DNA of 64,000 bases from a virus (lineage: Duplodnaviria > Heunggongvirae > Uroviricota > Caudoviricetes), in the IMG/VR virus record IMGVR_UViG_3300029305_011445. The stretch is one strand, 5' to 3'. Within the stretch, counting starts at the first letter, position 1, and every line of letters begins with the position of its first letter. Below are positions 18,420 through 29,300 of the stretch, in pieces. A program made the translations under genes and the position numbers. The notes under the pieces are model-generated. The model did no database searches. It was given only the letters and a program-made list of their open reading frames with translations, and was not told where the DNA came from.

Positions 18420-18827
18420 CTAAACTAGATCGTTATTTTGTTCATAAAAGAATACCCACAACGGAAATCCGCTGCTTACGTTACATTCTTTTTGAATCGC
18501 AGTTAACTTAACATTTGTTCCAAGATATAATGATAAAAACCGTTCGATATCTTCAGGTTTTCTGCTATCGAAATACTGTCCAGTATCACCAAAAACTTCC
18601 TGGCAACAAGAATTGAATTTCTTATAGTCCCACTGATACAATCGATCAGAATAAACAGCTGAGTGCTTGTCTTTCTGGTACTCATTTAAATATGTGACAA
18701 ATGGGTCGAAGCTGTATGGATAGTTAAAAGGTGTCTTCTTTACACGGCGTCCATGGATGTCAGTGAAATTTGGAACAATTTCGCCATCGTTTAAGCAATA
18801 TCGAATGTTATTTGTGTTATCATTCAT
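18420..18827 (-). CDS. hypothetical protein
   Basis: 135 aa; middle gene of operon. Confidence 0.5.
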   Translation of the reverse strand: MNDNTNNIRYCLNDGEIVPNFTDIHGRRVKKTPFNYPYSFDPFVTYLNEYQKDKHSAVYSDRLYQWDYKKFNSCCQEVFGDTGQYFDSRKPEDIERFLSLYLGTNVKLTAIQKECNVSSGFPLWVFFYEQNNDLV

Positions 18828-18851
18828 AGTTATTTTCTCCTTTCAATAAAA

Positions 18852-19070
18852 TTACGCAACCATAAATAATTGCCACAATTTTGGATGTTGCTCAATATTT
18901 TCTGCCAAACATTTTGCAATAACTGCATTTGCATTAGCCCCACTTCCGGTATCCATTACATAACCATGTTCCGAAATTAAAACGGATTTCATAAATTTTG
19001 CAAAATCTTCATCAGACATGTAACCTTTGTTACAAGCGTCGTTTAATAATTCTTTTGTTTCTTTGTTCAT
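18852..19070 (-). CDS. hypothetical small protein
   Basis: 72 aa; promoter motif 19111-19122. Confidence 0.45.
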   Translation of the reverse strand: MNKETKELLNDACNKGYMSDEDFAKFMKSVLISEHGYVMDTGSGANANAVIAKCLAENIEQHPKLWQLFMVA

Positions 19071-19110
19071 ATTTGTTTGTCTCCTTTTTCTTGAATATAT
19101 TTATTGATAC

Positions 19111-19122
19111 AATAAATATGGT
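19111..19122 (-). promoter_or_regulatory. consensus promoter motif
   Basis: exact copy upstream of 18852..19070 operon. Confidence 0.6.
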
Positions 19123-19175
19123 TTGTAATATAAAAAAAAGAGATCAAACCATAATTGGTTTAACCTCTTGTTGCT

Positions 19176-19661
19176 CTACACTTCTTGTTCACAGTATCTT
19201 TTAAATCGATTTGTACATTTATCATCTGGCTCATTGTTACAAGACCCATACAGTTCTTTACATTTCTCGCACGTAAGAACTTCTGATAATAATATGATAG
19301 AACAATCTCCATGTTCCATTAATTCTTCAAATTCAGATATGAATTCGTAAAAAGTAACAGCGTCCATTTCTTGTATTTGATCACAAATTGATTGTTTCAT
19401 TTTATCTAAATTGTTCATTAGAATGTTCTCCTTTATTAAATTAGATTCATTTGATATGTATTCTTTGTGTAAATTATCCGCAAACTCTTTGTCGCAAAAT
19501 ATTTCTCCCATTTTAATTACATGAGCAATATTTCTGGGCATTGTTCCGGTCTCCCATTTTGAAATCGTGTTTTCTGAAACACCAATTAATTCTGCAAGTT
19601 GTTTTTGCGTCAGACTGAGTTGTTTTCGTTTTTGCTTAATACTACTATTAAATTCATTCAT
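19176..19661 (-). CDS. XRE-family HTH transcriptional regulator with Cys-rich C-terminus
   Basis: LSLTQKQLAELIGVSENTISKWETG helix-turn-helix; GGAGG RBS; upstream motif is a G-to-A variant (CCATAAATATGAA, 19678-19690). Confidence 0.75.
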   Translation of the reverse strand: MNEFNSSIKQKRKQLSLTQKQLAELIGVSENTISKWETGTMPRNIAHVIKMGEIFCDKEFADNLHKEYISNESNLIKENILMNNLDKMKQSICDQIQEMDAVTFYEFISEFEELMEHGDCSIILLSEVLTCEKCKELYGSCNNEPDDKCTNRFKRYCEQEV

Positions 19662-19803
19662 TTGTTCTTTATTGCCTCCATAAATATGAAACAGTTTTCT
19701 TTAGTTATGGGTTTAATTATATCACAATCAATATATTATTCCAAATATAAAAACCACCAGAAATTCTGATGGCTTTTAATTTTGCATATTCGCTTTGTAA
19801 TTT

Positions 19804-21162
19804 TTACAATGTCATTCGTTTTGCGGCTTCCACACATAAAGCACTTCTCTGCGCCTCTTCTTCTTCGAACGTAATCTGTGCACAAAGTTTTGAGCCCTTC
19901 ATCTTTTCTGCAGCAAATACTAATCCATTGTTTCGTTTGTCTAAGTATCTGGCATCAATCTGATTCGGATCACCCAGTAACACCACTTTTGTTCCTTCTC
20001 CCGCTCTTGTTACAATTTCAAGTGCCTGATGTACTGTCATATTCTGTGCTTCGTCGACAATCAAATATGTGTTTGGCAATGAACGTCCGCGAAGATATCC
20101 TACTGCCGCAATATTTACAATGCCCTTACCCATAACGTATTCAATCTGTTCTGCGGCAAGATCTAAGTCGCGTTCTTTGCCTGCAAAAATAGTTTTCATA
20201 TTATCCATAAATGGAGCAATGAGTGGATCCATTTTTTCTTCTAATGTTCCAGGTAAGAAACCTAAATCATTGTCAGAAATTGTATTGGTACGAGTAATCA
20301 TGACACTTTCGTATTTCTGATCTTTGTTTCGTTTCTTATTATCCATTGATGCATAAGTCTGTTCTAAGGCGCATGCAATTGCAAGTAAAGTTTTACCGGT
20401 ACCAGCCGGACCTTTACAAATAACAAGTGGAATTTCATCAGCCGGAGCTAAAAGTGCATGCATCAGCATTTTCTGTGGTGCATTTCTGCCTTCGATTCCA
20501 TATGCTGTTAACTCTTTATCATTAAGACGATATAACATTCCACTCTTGTGAACACATAATGCAGAAACATTACCATTCTTTAAAATTACATATTCATTTT
20601 CTTCTAATTCAATATCTTCTGGAACCGGATATTCTGTTGCTCCATAAATATCAAACATTGGGTCTGGCCACTCAATGAAGCATCTTCCTGTATATGCTTC
20701 ATCATCTTCGATCATTTCATTTTTGTAACTCTGTACTGTTACACCACATGCTGATGCATTGATTCTCATCGAAATGTCATTTGTAACAAGAATTACCGGC
20801 ATTGGGTACTTGTCACTCTTTTCCATACCAAGGACTGCAGCGATGATTCGATTATCTGCCACAGATAATGAATATCCATAAGGCAAGCAGTCTTCAATAC
20901 AATTTGTTTCAAGAAAAAGTGTTCCACCATTATGAAGATCAACGCCATCGATAAGGTTACCTTCCTGTCGCAAGGCATCTAAGATTCGAATACTCTCTCT
21001 GGCATTGAATCCAGCTTCACCTTTGTCGTTTTTGTGAGTATCTAGTTCCTGCAATGTTGTACCTGTGATAACTACATAGTTATCCGCAAATCCATAGATT
21101 GCATTTGGACTTGTCATTAAAATGTTTGTGTCGAGAACGTAAGTTTTCTTTGAGTTTTCCAA
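19804..21162 (-). CDS. PhoH2-type protein (N-terminal PIN nuclease domain + PhoH-like P-loop ATPase)
   Basis: YVLDTNILM PIN start; GPAGTGKT Walker A; DEAQN Walker B-like. Confidence 0.85.
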   Translation of the reverse strand: MENSKKTYVLDTNILMTSPNAIYGFADNYVVITGTTLQELDTHKNDKGEAGFNARESIRILDALRQEGNLIDGVDLHNGGTLFLETNCIEDCLPYGYSLSVADNRIIAAVLGMEKSDKYPMPVILVTNDISMRINASACGVTVQSYKNEMIEDDEAYTGRCFIEWPDPMFDIYGATEYPVPEDIELEENEYVILKNGNVSALCVHKSGMLYRLNDKELTAYGIEGRNAPQKMLMHALLAPADEIPLVICKGPAGTGKTLLAIACALEQTYASMDNKKRNKDQKYESVMITRTNTISDNDLGFLPGTLEEKMDPLIAPFMDNMKTIFAGKERDLDLAAEQIEYVMGKGIVNIAAVGYLRGRSLPNTYLIVDEAQNMTVHQALEIVTRAGEGTKVVLLGDPNQIDARYLDKRNNGLVFAAEKMKGSKLCAQITFEEEEAQRSALCVEAAKRMTL

Positions 21163-21237
21163 TTGAAAATGCCTCCTGCAATATAATAATATATTTTATT
21201 AGGCTCAAAACTTCTTTTATCGAAGTCTATCGCATGA

Positions 21238-21249
21238 AATAAATATGGT
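21238..21249 (-). promoter_or_regulatory. consensus promoter motif
   Basis: exact copy upstream of PIN-PhoH gene. Confidence 0.6.
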
Positions 21250-21305
21250 TTTCGCTTGTTGCAAAGCAGAAAAAAAACAGCCACTTTGCAGTGACTGTTT
21301 ATTAA

Positions 21306-21914
21306 TTACTCGTTACTATTTTCAGAATTGCATTCTTTCCAGACTGTATAAGCTTTTTTCTTATTCAGCCAATGATAAGCCATTTTTCTCGCTTTTGAAG
21401 AGCCATACTGTTTCGAAAAATAAGATTCTTCATATGCCATATTTTCTAACATAACCGTAACAAATGATTTTGTTTTGGAATCCATTGCAACCCCGGCGTC
21501 ACGTTTTTTATACCACCATTGCAATTCACCGTCTAAAGTAAAACTTTTCCCACTATATACTTGTCCGGCAGCAAGATAATCACACACTAATTCCAATGCG
21601 TATTTGAATGGCATCTGCAAATGTACTGTTCCTTTGTCAAACGAGTCCTGCCAATATTCGTAATGGTGCTTATTACGGCCTTTATGATGTAGCCAAGCCA
21701 TAGATATTCCATTATTTGCTTCTTTACACGCGTCAATTGGAGAGCGAGTGCCTTGATAATATTTTACTGATTCAAAAAACTCCGTTGGTGAATATTTGGA
21801 TAAGTCATGTACAATTCCCTGCCAATAAAGACCGGCTCTTATGCAGTTTTTGAATACAGCAATCTTATGTTTTGTAATAGTAACAAAATGTTTCCATATA
21901 TTTTTTATTTTCAT
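21306..21914 (-). CDS. hypothetical protein (possible HD-like metal-dependent hydrolase)
   Basis: 202 aa; GIVHDLSKY resembles an HD motif but is weak; no consensus motif upstream, only the UvrD-like gene's terminator hairpin. Confidence 0.45.
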   Translation of the reverse strand: MKIKNIWKHFVTITKHKIAVFKNCIRAGLYWQGIVHDLSKYSPTEFFESVKYYQGTRSPIDACKEANNGISMAWLHHKGRNKHHYEYWQDSFDKGTVHLQMPFKYALELVCDYLAAGQVYSGKSFTLDGELQWWYKKRDAGVAMDSKTKSFVTVMLENMAYEESYFSKQYGSSKARKMAYHWLNKKKAYTVWKECNSENSNE

Positions 21915-21969
21915 GGTTTTCTCCTTTTAAACAAACCCCAGAAACATATGTTACTGGGGCTCGTTTTTC

Positions 21970-24171
21970 TTATAAATCTAATGTTAACTGTTTTGCGTTT
22001 TTGGTTAACGAATCATATTGTTTCTTTTCTGCATCTGTAAGAGGTCTACTCTTCCCTGATGCTTTGGATGATTTTGTCGTTTTTCCACCACCTTTGTATG
22101 ACGGTGAATATGGACTTCGTTTTGTCATTCCTAATCCAGTAACAGTTGATCCGGAAGCCACAGATGCATCAAGTTCTGCCATGCGTTTTGCTTTCGCTTC
22201 TGCACGTTTATTTCTTGCACTTTCATTTTTGGCGGCACGGCGTTCTAATTCACGCTGTGCTTTTGCCTGTTTCATTGCAAGAATTTCAGCCTCGAACTCT
22301 TTTTCTTTGTCGGTTACTTTGTATAAATCATGTAAAAACTGATTGTATGTTTCACCGGCAAACTCATCCGAATATGCTACGTACTCGCTAACAACATGTA
22401 ACAGTTCTTTAGCTCTCGTCATAGATACGAATAAAAGACGTCGTCTTTCTTCTACTTCCATCACATTACGAGCTTTGTGAAGTACACGACTGTCGTAATC
22501 AGAGATACTATTGATTACAACTGGCCATTCAAGACCCTTAGATGAATGAGCAGTAATCAGTGTCACACCTTCATATCGCTGATCCATCTTTGCTTCCGTA
22601 TCCTTGCCAAATCGTTTAAAATTCTGAATAAATTCGATCTCTTTTGCAAGAGCAGATTTGTTCGGATCATCCGGATCAATCTTTGTATCTTCATCGTAAA
22701 CCATATCTAACCATTTCTGATATAATTCATCGTCTCCGATATTAATTGCTTCCAGATATTCGTGCCACTTACGTAACTGGTTCTCAGGTGTCATAAGTTC
22801 AAAGCTACTGAAGCTGCGACGTAATTCATCGATTTCAGCTGAAATCTCATCATCAGTCAACTCTTCGTAAATTTTGCCATCGTATTTTGGTACGAGATAT
22901 TCAAAATAACTCTGAGTTGCGTCCGGATCAAAGAACGCGTCACAAAGTTTCATTGCACCACGGACACGGCTATTTTCGATCAATTTAACCGGAGCCATAA
23001 TTACCCATGGAATATTAGCTTTTGATAACGCTGCAGAATACTTACCAAGATCTTTTTTGCCAAAAGTGATTACCGCAATATCGCGGTATTCATATTTGCC
23101 AGACTCGATAAGTTCTTTGATAATTTCAACAGAATGTTCGATTTTTTCAGATTCTGTCTCAAATCCTTTGATAACTGTTTTTCCACCTTTGCCTTTTGCA
23201 GCAATAAGAGGCTTGTCGATTCTGTTTACATTGAGTGCAACAAGTTTATTTGCCTGTTCAATGATTTCTTCGTAAGAACGATAATTCTGTGACATTAATA
23301 ATTTAGTTACAGGCTTGCCGATTTTTTCCTCGAAGTGAATCATATTATCAGGATTTGCGTTACGGAATCCATAAATTGACTGATTATCGTCACCGATTAC
23401 CATAATGGATTCGATAGATCCACCGTTGTCAGTCATACATGCTACCAAACGTTTTACAAATTCCATATTCATATCGTTGGAATCCTGGAACTCATCGATT
23501 ACCACATGTTTGATTTTCAAACTGTTTAAGTAATCTGGGTTTAAATCTAAAAGTTTAAGACCCATTGGCTCCTGATCAGCAAATGTAATCAAGCCTTCAC
23601 TGTTTAAAATCTTATTGTATGTATCATACAAATCAATGAAACAAGAAATAGACTGATCTGACATTTTACTATAAATACCAGCATCTTGGCATAACTCTTT
23701 TACTTTTTCGGCAGCACCGACCTCTGTGACATCAAGATTGGCGGATTTGATTAAATCAAATACTTTCAAAGCAATTGTTAATGCGCCCTGTGCTCCTTTT
23801 GCACCGGCGTTCATTTCAACAGGAATTGCATAATTCAAACCGTCTACTTTATTTTCACCGGTAACAAGTGGCAATACTTTTGCCGCAACACGAGTTGGAT
23901 TCGTATCAATTACAGTTGGAACATTCAAAAATCCCAACTGGTCATGAAATTTCTTAATTAAATCCATATCAAACGCATTAAATGTCATAGTTGGAATTTT
24001 TTCTGGATCTACATGAAATCCTTTTGTTGCAAATGCACCTGCTAATCTTTCGCGCATTTCCCTTGCTGCAGCATCCGTAAATGTTACTAATAAAATGTGG
24101 CTTAAAATGCTTTCCAGCCAGCTTTCTTTTTGCGCCTGAGTTGCGGTGCGTTTCTTAGTTTCTTTCGCCAT
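21970..24171 (-). CDS. UvrD/PcrA-like SF1 helicase homolog lacking Q-motif and Walker A
   Basis: motifs Ia (VTFTDAAAREM), II (VIDEFQDSN), IV (QNYRS), V (VTLITAHSSKGLEWPVV), VI (LLFVSMTRAKELLHV) present but protein starts ~35 aa downstream of where GxxGxGKT would be; lysine-rich C-terminal tail. Confidence 0.75.
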   Translation of the reverse strand: MAKETKKRTATQAQKESWLESILSHILLVTFTDAAAREMRERLAGAFATKGFHVDPEKIPTMTFNAFDMDLIKKFHDQLGFLNVPTVIDTNPTRVAAKVLPLVTGENKVDGLNYAIPVEMNAGAKGAQGALTIALKVFDLIKSANLDVTEVGAAEKVKELCQDAGIYSKMSDQSISCFIDLYDTYNKILNSEGLITFADQEPMGLKLLDLNPDYLNSLKIKHVVIDEFQDSNDMNMEFVKRLVACMTDNGGSIESIMVIGDDNQSIYGFRNANPDNMIHFEEKIGKPVTKLLMSQNYRSYEEIIEQANKLVALNVNRIDKPLIAAKGKGGKTVIKGFETESEKIEHSVEIIKELIESGKYEYRDIAVITFGKKDLGKYSAALSKANIPWVIMAPVKLIENSRVRGAMKLCDAFFDPDATQSYFEYLVPKYDGKIYEELTDDEISAEIDELRRSFSSFELMTPENQLRKWHEYLEAINIGDDELYQKWLDMVYDEDTKIDPDDPNKSALAKEIEFIQNFKRFGKDTEAKMDQRYEGVTLITAHSSKGLEWPVVINSISDYDSRVLHKARNVMEVEERRRLLFVSMTRAKELLHVVSEYVAYSDEFAGETYNQFLHDLYKVTDKEKEFEAEILAMKQAKAQRELERRAAKNESARNKRAEAKAKRMAELDASVASGSTVTGLGMTKRSPYSPSYKGGGKTTKSSKASGKSRPLTDAEKKQYDSLTKNAKQLTLDL

Positions 24172-24209
24172 AGTGTATATCCTCCTTTTAATTGTTTTTA
24201 CTATTGCTA

Positions 24210-24221
24210 AATAAATATGGT
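24210..24221 (-). promoter_or_regulatory. consensus promoter motif
   Basis: exact copy upstream of UvrD-like gene. Confidence 0.6.
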
Positions 24222-24278
24222 ATATGAAAGATAAAAAATAAAAGGCCGAAACGTTTTCGTAACGACCTTTGGTTAAAG

Positions 24279-26033
24279 CTAAATCTTAAATTTGTTTACT
24301 TCTGTGCTTAATTTTGCAGCAATATTACTACAATTATCAGCTTCTATATTAATATCTGAAACAGAAGTTGTTAAATCAACGGTATGCGAAGCAACATTAC
24401 TGATACCGTTTGCAGTTTCTTCGATAGCAACACTGATTGCTTCGCTATTCTCTTTTAAGCCCTGCATATGAACATTGAGATTTTTGCATTCTTCTGCAAA
24501 AGTATTCATAATACTACTTAAGTGTTTAGCATCACGTTGATAATTTTCACTGGTTGTTAATAACTTATCATATCCAATCATAGCAACAGATTCCATAAAT
24601 GTTAACATTTCCTCTGCCTTTTGAGCCAATTCTGTAACTGTTTGAATAACATCTTCGCTTACGGTTTGGATTTCGGTCGCAGTTTCTGCTGAATGAGTTG
24701 CTAATTTTCCGATTTCACTTGCTACAACTGCAAATCCGCGACCAGCTTCTCCGGCTCTTGCTGCTTCTATTGATGCGTTTAATGATAACAAATTTGTCTG
24801 AGTGGTAATCTCTAAAATATTTTCAGTCATTGTCTTGATATCTTCAACTCGTTTGGACCGTTCAATCATTTCACTTACAGCAACACGCATTGCTTCAGCT
24901 TGTGTTTTCGCATCAATCTGCTCTTTTGTCGCCGTTTCATTAATAGTGTTTGCATTATTAGCGATTTTCAAGGTATTACTTTCTTCAATGCCTGCAGCTT
25001 CCGCAACCTGTTCTACTGATGTAACCACATCTTTAATAGCAGTATCCATCTGCGTCAAGGAAGCACTGATTTCTTCAATTGCAGCACCCATTTGTTCCAT
25101 TGTTGCAGAGACATCTGTGACTCTTGTTTCTGCATCTTTTAATTGTCCCGAAACCGTGTTTGACGATGTATGAAGCTCTGTTGAATTGTCATTAATATTT
25201 ATCATAATTCCGCGAATATAGACTAAAAATTTATTTACGTTATCAGCAATTAATTCTAATTCATCTCCGGTAGCTACATTAATTGTTTGAGTTAAGTCGC
25301 CTTCGTTACTTGCTAATTCGTGTAACTTTTCATTTACTCTCTTCATATTTTTAATGATTCTGTTTACAATTAAATAAACAATGATTGTGGCAACAATAAC
25401 ACCGAGTCCGGATACAGTAATTAATTCGATTACAACAGATTGTATATTATCCTTAATATATGTAGCGTCATAATCACATCCTAAGATGCCAAGTTGATTA
25501 CCTTCGCTATCATAAACTGGAACATAAGATGTGATATAAGCTTTATCACCATCCAATGTAAATTCTGATTCAGATAAGGCTGTTCCATTAAATACAGATA
25601 CCAAATATTCGTAATCTACTTCAAATAATTCTCCGATTTGTGCACGTTCTTCTGAATCTTCATCACTATCGACTCCATAGAATACATCTGTACCATTGGT
25701 ATAAAGAGTATATAAATAAGCGACGTTATATGTATTTTTAATTCTAGTAAGATCTTCCAATACGTCTTTATATTCTTTCGTTTCTTCAGCACCTTTATTT
25801 AATTTACTAAGAGAATCAGTATTAATTGATTTAGAAGCAAATTCAGCAACAATCATAGCTTCTTCACCACCAAGTGTTAAAAAGCCTTCGCTGATTTTAT
25901 AAAATGACTGTAATGTTAACATGGAACATAAAATAATAATGATAATGTTGATTGGTATAAGAATCTGCCATCTGATACTTAATTTTCTGCTCCCGTTATT
26001 CATTCGATGAAAAATACTTTTCTTTTTATTCAT
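24279..26033 (-). CDS. methyl-accepting chemotaxis protein with periplasmic sensor
   Basis: two TM helices around a sensor domain, then HAMP and signalling domain with [31 protein letters not shown]. Confidence 0.85.
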   Translation of the reverse strand: MNKKKSIFHRMNNGSRKLSIRWQILIPINIIIIILCSMLTLQSFYKISEGFLTLGGEEAMIVAEFASKSINTDSLSKLNKGAEETKEYKDVLEDLTRIKNTYNVAYLYTLYTNGTDVFYGVDSDEDSEERAQIGELFEVDYEYLVSVFNGTALSESEFTLDGDKAYITSYVPVYDSEGNQLGILGCDYDATYIKDNIQSVVIELITVSGLGVIVATIIVYLIVNRIIKNMKRVNEKLHELASNEGDLTQTINVATGDELELIADNVNKFLVYIRGIMININDNSTELHTSSNTVSGQLKDAETRVTDVSATMEQMGAAIEEISASLTQMDTAIKDVVTSVEQVAEAAGIEESNTLKIANNANTINETATKEQIDAKTQAEAMRVAVSEMIERSKRVEDIKTMTENILEITTQTNLLSLNASIEAARAGEAGRGFAVVASEIGKLATHSAETATEIQTVSEDVIQTVTELAQKAEEMLTFMESVAMIGYDKLLTTSENYQRDAKHLSSIMNTFAEECKNLNVHMQGLKENSEAISVAIEETANGISNVASHTVDLTTSVSDINIEADNCSNIAAKLSTEVNKFKI

Positions 26034-26086
26034 ATGATCCTCCTATACAAATTGTTAGACCTGATAGATATCAGGTCATAACAATA

Positions 26087-27865
26087 TCAATCCAATTTAA
26101 ATTTACGAACTTCATTTGTAAGTTCATCTGCAATCGCCTTATTATCCAATGCTGTTTTTTGAATTTCTGATACATCTGCATTTATCGCAGTTGTTGTATT
26201 TGCGATGCTGTTAACACCAGTTGTACTTTCTTCAATTGCAATATTGATCGCATTCATGTTTTCTAAGATCTTATGAATTGCCTGCTCAATATAATCCGTA
26301 GAATTGCAAAAAGCTTCCATCTGACGTCCCATTGTTTCAACATCTGTTTTATATGCAATACCTGTGTCTTTTAATTCATCGTATCCTTTCATTGCAACTT
26401 CATCTAAAAATGTAAGCATTCTTTCAGTTTGTTCGGCTAAAAGTTCTACAGCTGCAATTACTTCGTCGCTAACTTTTTTAATTTCATTCGCTGCATCCGC
26501 AGAAGTGTTTGCGAGTTTTCCAATTTCTGTTGCAACAACAGCAAATCCGCGACCGGATTGTCCGGCACGCGCGGCTTCGATACTTGCATTTAATGCTAAA
26601 AGATTTGTTTGGCTTGCAATTTCCAAAATATTCTCTGTTAATTTTGAAATTTGTGTTACAGCGTTGGAGCGTTCAAGACTTTCCTTGACATCAATTGTTA
26701 ATTGATCTGAAAGTTCTTTTGCTTTCGTAATATTTTCATCAACCTGTGACTCAATATTTGAAGCCTTTTTAACCGTTGCACGTGCGTCCATTTCACTCTG
26801 TTTTGCATATTTGGCAACATCGCCGGTTGTATCTGATACCTGTTTAATTAACGAACTAATTTCCACAATTGATGCACTCGTTTCTTCCATTGCAGCACTC
26901 ATCTGTTCCATTGTAGAAGAAACATCTGCGATTTCACTTTCTGAATCTGTAACCTTTTCTGTGATTGCAACTACAGAATCAGATAATTTAAGAGAATCAT
27001 CGCGAATACTAACCATAATAGCTCTAATATATGACAACAATGTGTTTACGTTTCCTGCAATTAATTCTAATTCATCGCCCGAATGAATATCTAAAGATTG
27101 TGTTAAGTCTCCGTTGTTGTTAGCAAGTTCACATATTTTTTCATTTACTTGGCGAATATTTTTAATGATGCCTTTTACGATTAAGCAAATAATTAATGAA
27201 TCAAATAGCAATGTTACAACTAGCACAAGAACCAATCTCGAAATCATTTGATATCTTATAGTCAAAATATTAGATGCGTCATAATCAATACATAATACTG
27301 CAGTTACATTTTCATCTGCATCAATAATTGGCTGATATACGGATAACAAATGTACATCATCTCCAAGATTTTTAATTACGGGGCTATTTGCTACAGTTCC
27401 GGAAAACGCTTTATTGATTAAATCAGAATCAACTAAATTCGTAGCAGCAGTTCCTACTTGTTTCGATGAATCAATATCGCTATTTAATCCATAAACAATT
27501 GAACCATTATTCGTTTTGTGTAAAGTATAAAACTGTTTCAAGTGTCCCTGTTCTAATAACATTTGTAGCGTTGTATTTATTGAAATAGCGTTTTCTTCAC
27601 TTAACAAGTTTTCATAATTAAGAGCTTCTGCGTCAATCAAATCTGACGCAATGGCCGCTATAGATTTTGCATTTTCAATTGCTAGATCACGATATTTATC
27701 GTTATAACCTTTTACGCTACTGTAACCAACTACAAAACAACCTGATATTACAACTAAAATAACAGGAACGAGTATTTTAAGTTGCAACGAAAATCGTCTT
27801 ACCTTTTGTTTTTCTTTTTTATCCCTCATTTTCTTTCTCTCCACTAAAAATTTTACTAAATTCAC
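26087..27865 (-). CDS. methyl-accepting chemotaxis protein (paralog)
   Basis: same architecture; [32 protein letters not shown]; start overlaps stop of upstream small ORF (ATGA). Confidence 0.85.
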   Translation of the reverse strand: MNLVKFLVERKKMRDKKEKQKVRRFSLQLKILVPVILVVISGCFVVGYSSVKGYNDKYRDLAIENAKSIAAIASDLIDAEALNYENLLSEENAISINTTLQMLLEQGHLKQFYTLHKTNNGSIVYGLNSDIDSSKQVGTAATNLVDSDLINKAFSGTVANSPVIKNLGDDVHLLSVYQPIIDADENVTAVLCIDYDASNILTIRYQMISRLVLVLVVTLLFDSLIICLIVKGIIKNIRQVNEKICELANNNGDLTQSLDIHSGDELELIAGNVNTLLSYIRAIMVSIRDDSLKLSDSVVAITEKVTDSESEIADVSSTMEQMSAAMEETSASIVEISSLIKQVSDTTGDVAKYAKQSEMDARATVKKASNIESQVDENITKAKELSDQLTIDVKESLERSNAVTQISKLTENILEIASQTNLLALNASIEAARAGQSGRGFAVVATEIGKLANTSADAANEIKKVSDEVIAAVELLAEQTERMLTFLDEVAMKGYDELKDTGIAYKTDVETMGRQMEAFCNSTDYIEQAIHKILENMNAINIAIEESTTGVNSIANTTTAINADVSEIQKTALDNKAIADELTNEVRKFKLD

Positions 27866-28044
27866 TCACCTAATTCATATGTTACTTGTAACTGCACTTT
27901 ATTTTTAACAGCATTTTCGATTAACAGATTTAATATATCGCTTTTACTTAATCCGGTATCTTCATGCCATTTTTCTAACATTTTCATATTATCCGGCGTA
28001 AAACCAACACAGGTCTTAATAGATGCGTTTTGTTTTTTTCGCAT
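27862..28044 (-). CDS. small protein cotranscribed with sigma factor (possible RHH-like regulator)
   Basis: ATG 28044 with AGGAG RBS 14 nt after the sigma stop; 60 aa; [15 protein letters not shown] helix. Confidence 0.45.
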   Translation of the reverse strand: MRKKQNASIKTCVGFTPDNMKMLEKWHEDTGLSKSDILNLLIENAVKNKVQLQVTYELGE

Positions 28045-28058
28045 GCGTGTTCTCCTTT

Positions 28059-29102
28059 CTATAAAAACTGTTTCAATTCGGTATAAGCTTTTCCGGTTCG
28101 GCAAAACTTAATAAAACGAGCTTCTACTTGACGAACACGTTCCCTTGTGAGACCATGATAATCGCCAATTGCTTCGAGAGTCTGAATTGTACGGCCATGT
28201 AATCCGAATCTTTTATACAAGATGTCTCTATTTCGGTTAACATTTGCAGGATTGGTTCGCCCACGCTCAAGAAATCTCTCAATCAATTCATCAAATTTTT
28301 CTGCCAGTTCTTTGTTTTCAGCAACAGCACTAATATCAAAATTTTCATCTGCAATGAAATCAATCATTTCAGATGATTCATCAATATCAGTAGATATAGC
28401 GCGGTTTAACGAATCTGTGTTTGCATTAAAATACGCACTGATAATATTGTTATACTGAAAGTCATTACATCCGAGTTTTTCTACCACATATTCTTTCGGT
28501 GGTAGAACATTAGAATTTGTTTCATCTTGAAACTCTTTAACGACTCTTGCGTAACGATAGACTTGTTCACTCATATGAACAGGAATTCGGATAATTGTAT
28601 CACCATCCATAATCGCTCTTGTAATGGACTGGCGAATCCAATGATAAGCATAGGTTGCAAATTTGAACCCCTTATCCGGGTCGAAACGATCAATGGCTTT
28701 CAAAAGTCCAAAGTTTCCTTCCATAATAATGTCCAATTCTGTAAGAGTTTTAGTATGTTTCATATATTTTTTTGCAACATAAACAACAAGTTTTAAGTTG
28801 TGTAAAAAAATCTTTTCTCTTGCTTCTGTGTCGCCTTCTTTTGCTTTTCGTGCCAAGTCACAAACTTCTTCATTTGATAACAACTGGTATTTTGCGATTT
28901 CTTTTAAATAACCAGCCATGTGATCAGATAAGTAGTGAGACTGGAATTCAACGCTTTCTTCAACCTTTTTAGAAGAAAGTGATTCGATTTCTGATAATTC
29001 GTCATTGTTATTAGTTGCATTATATTCATATAAAGATTCGGTTTCAAAATTTCCCTGATCCAAATCCTCGTGCTCTAAAACAAATTCATTCGTTAATGTC
29101 AT
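28059..29102 (-). CDS. RNA polymerase sigma-70 family factor with ~100-aa acidic N-terminal extension
   Basis: region 2 DIIMEGNFGLLKAIDRFDPDKGFKFATYAYHWIRQSITRAI; region 4 LTRERVRQVEARFIKF; exact promoter motif 29146-29157 ~45 nt upstream. Confidence 0.85.
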   Translation of the reverse strand: MTLTNEFVLEHEDLDQGNFETESLYEYNATNNNDELSEIESLSSKKVEESVEFQSHYLSDHMAGYLKEIAKYQLLSNEEVCDLARKAKEGDTEAREKIFLHNLKLVVYVAKKYMKHTKTLTELDIIMEGNFGLLKAIDRFDPDKGFKFATYAYHWIRQSITRAIMDGDTIIRIPVHMSEQVYRYARVVKEFQDETNSNVLPPKEYVVEKLGCNDFQYNNIISAYFNANTDSLNRAISTDIDESSEMIDFIADENFDISAVAENKELAEKFDELIERFLERGRTNPANVNRNRDILYKRFGLHGRTIQTLEAIGDYHGLTRERVRQVEARFIKFCRTGKAYTELKQFL

Positions 29103-29145
29103 AAATTCCTCCTATTGCGAAATATTTTATTTCGCGCCTTCCTGT

Positions 29146-29157
29146 TATAAATATGGT
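29146..29157 (-). promoter_or_regulatory. consensus promoter motif
   Basis: ACCATATTTATA ~45 nt upstream of the sigma-factor gene. Confidence 0.6.
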
Positions 29158-29282
29158 TATGAGTTTTGCAAACTAATCCGCAAAATTAATTGTTAAATTA
29201 TATCCGTTTTATATAACGCTCATATCCAAAATATATTAGGTTCAAAAATGCGCTAAACGAAGGTAAAATTTAATTTTATCAA

Positions 29283-29300
29283 CTTGGAAGTACTTCCAAG
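29283..29300. promoter_or_regulatory. perfect 18-bp palindrome CTTGGAAGTACTTCCAAG plus three GTACAAAA repeats (29302-29372) in the sigma/parA divergent region
   Basis: seen directly; ~160 nt upstream of parA, in a 300-bp ORF-free region. Confidence 0.6.
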
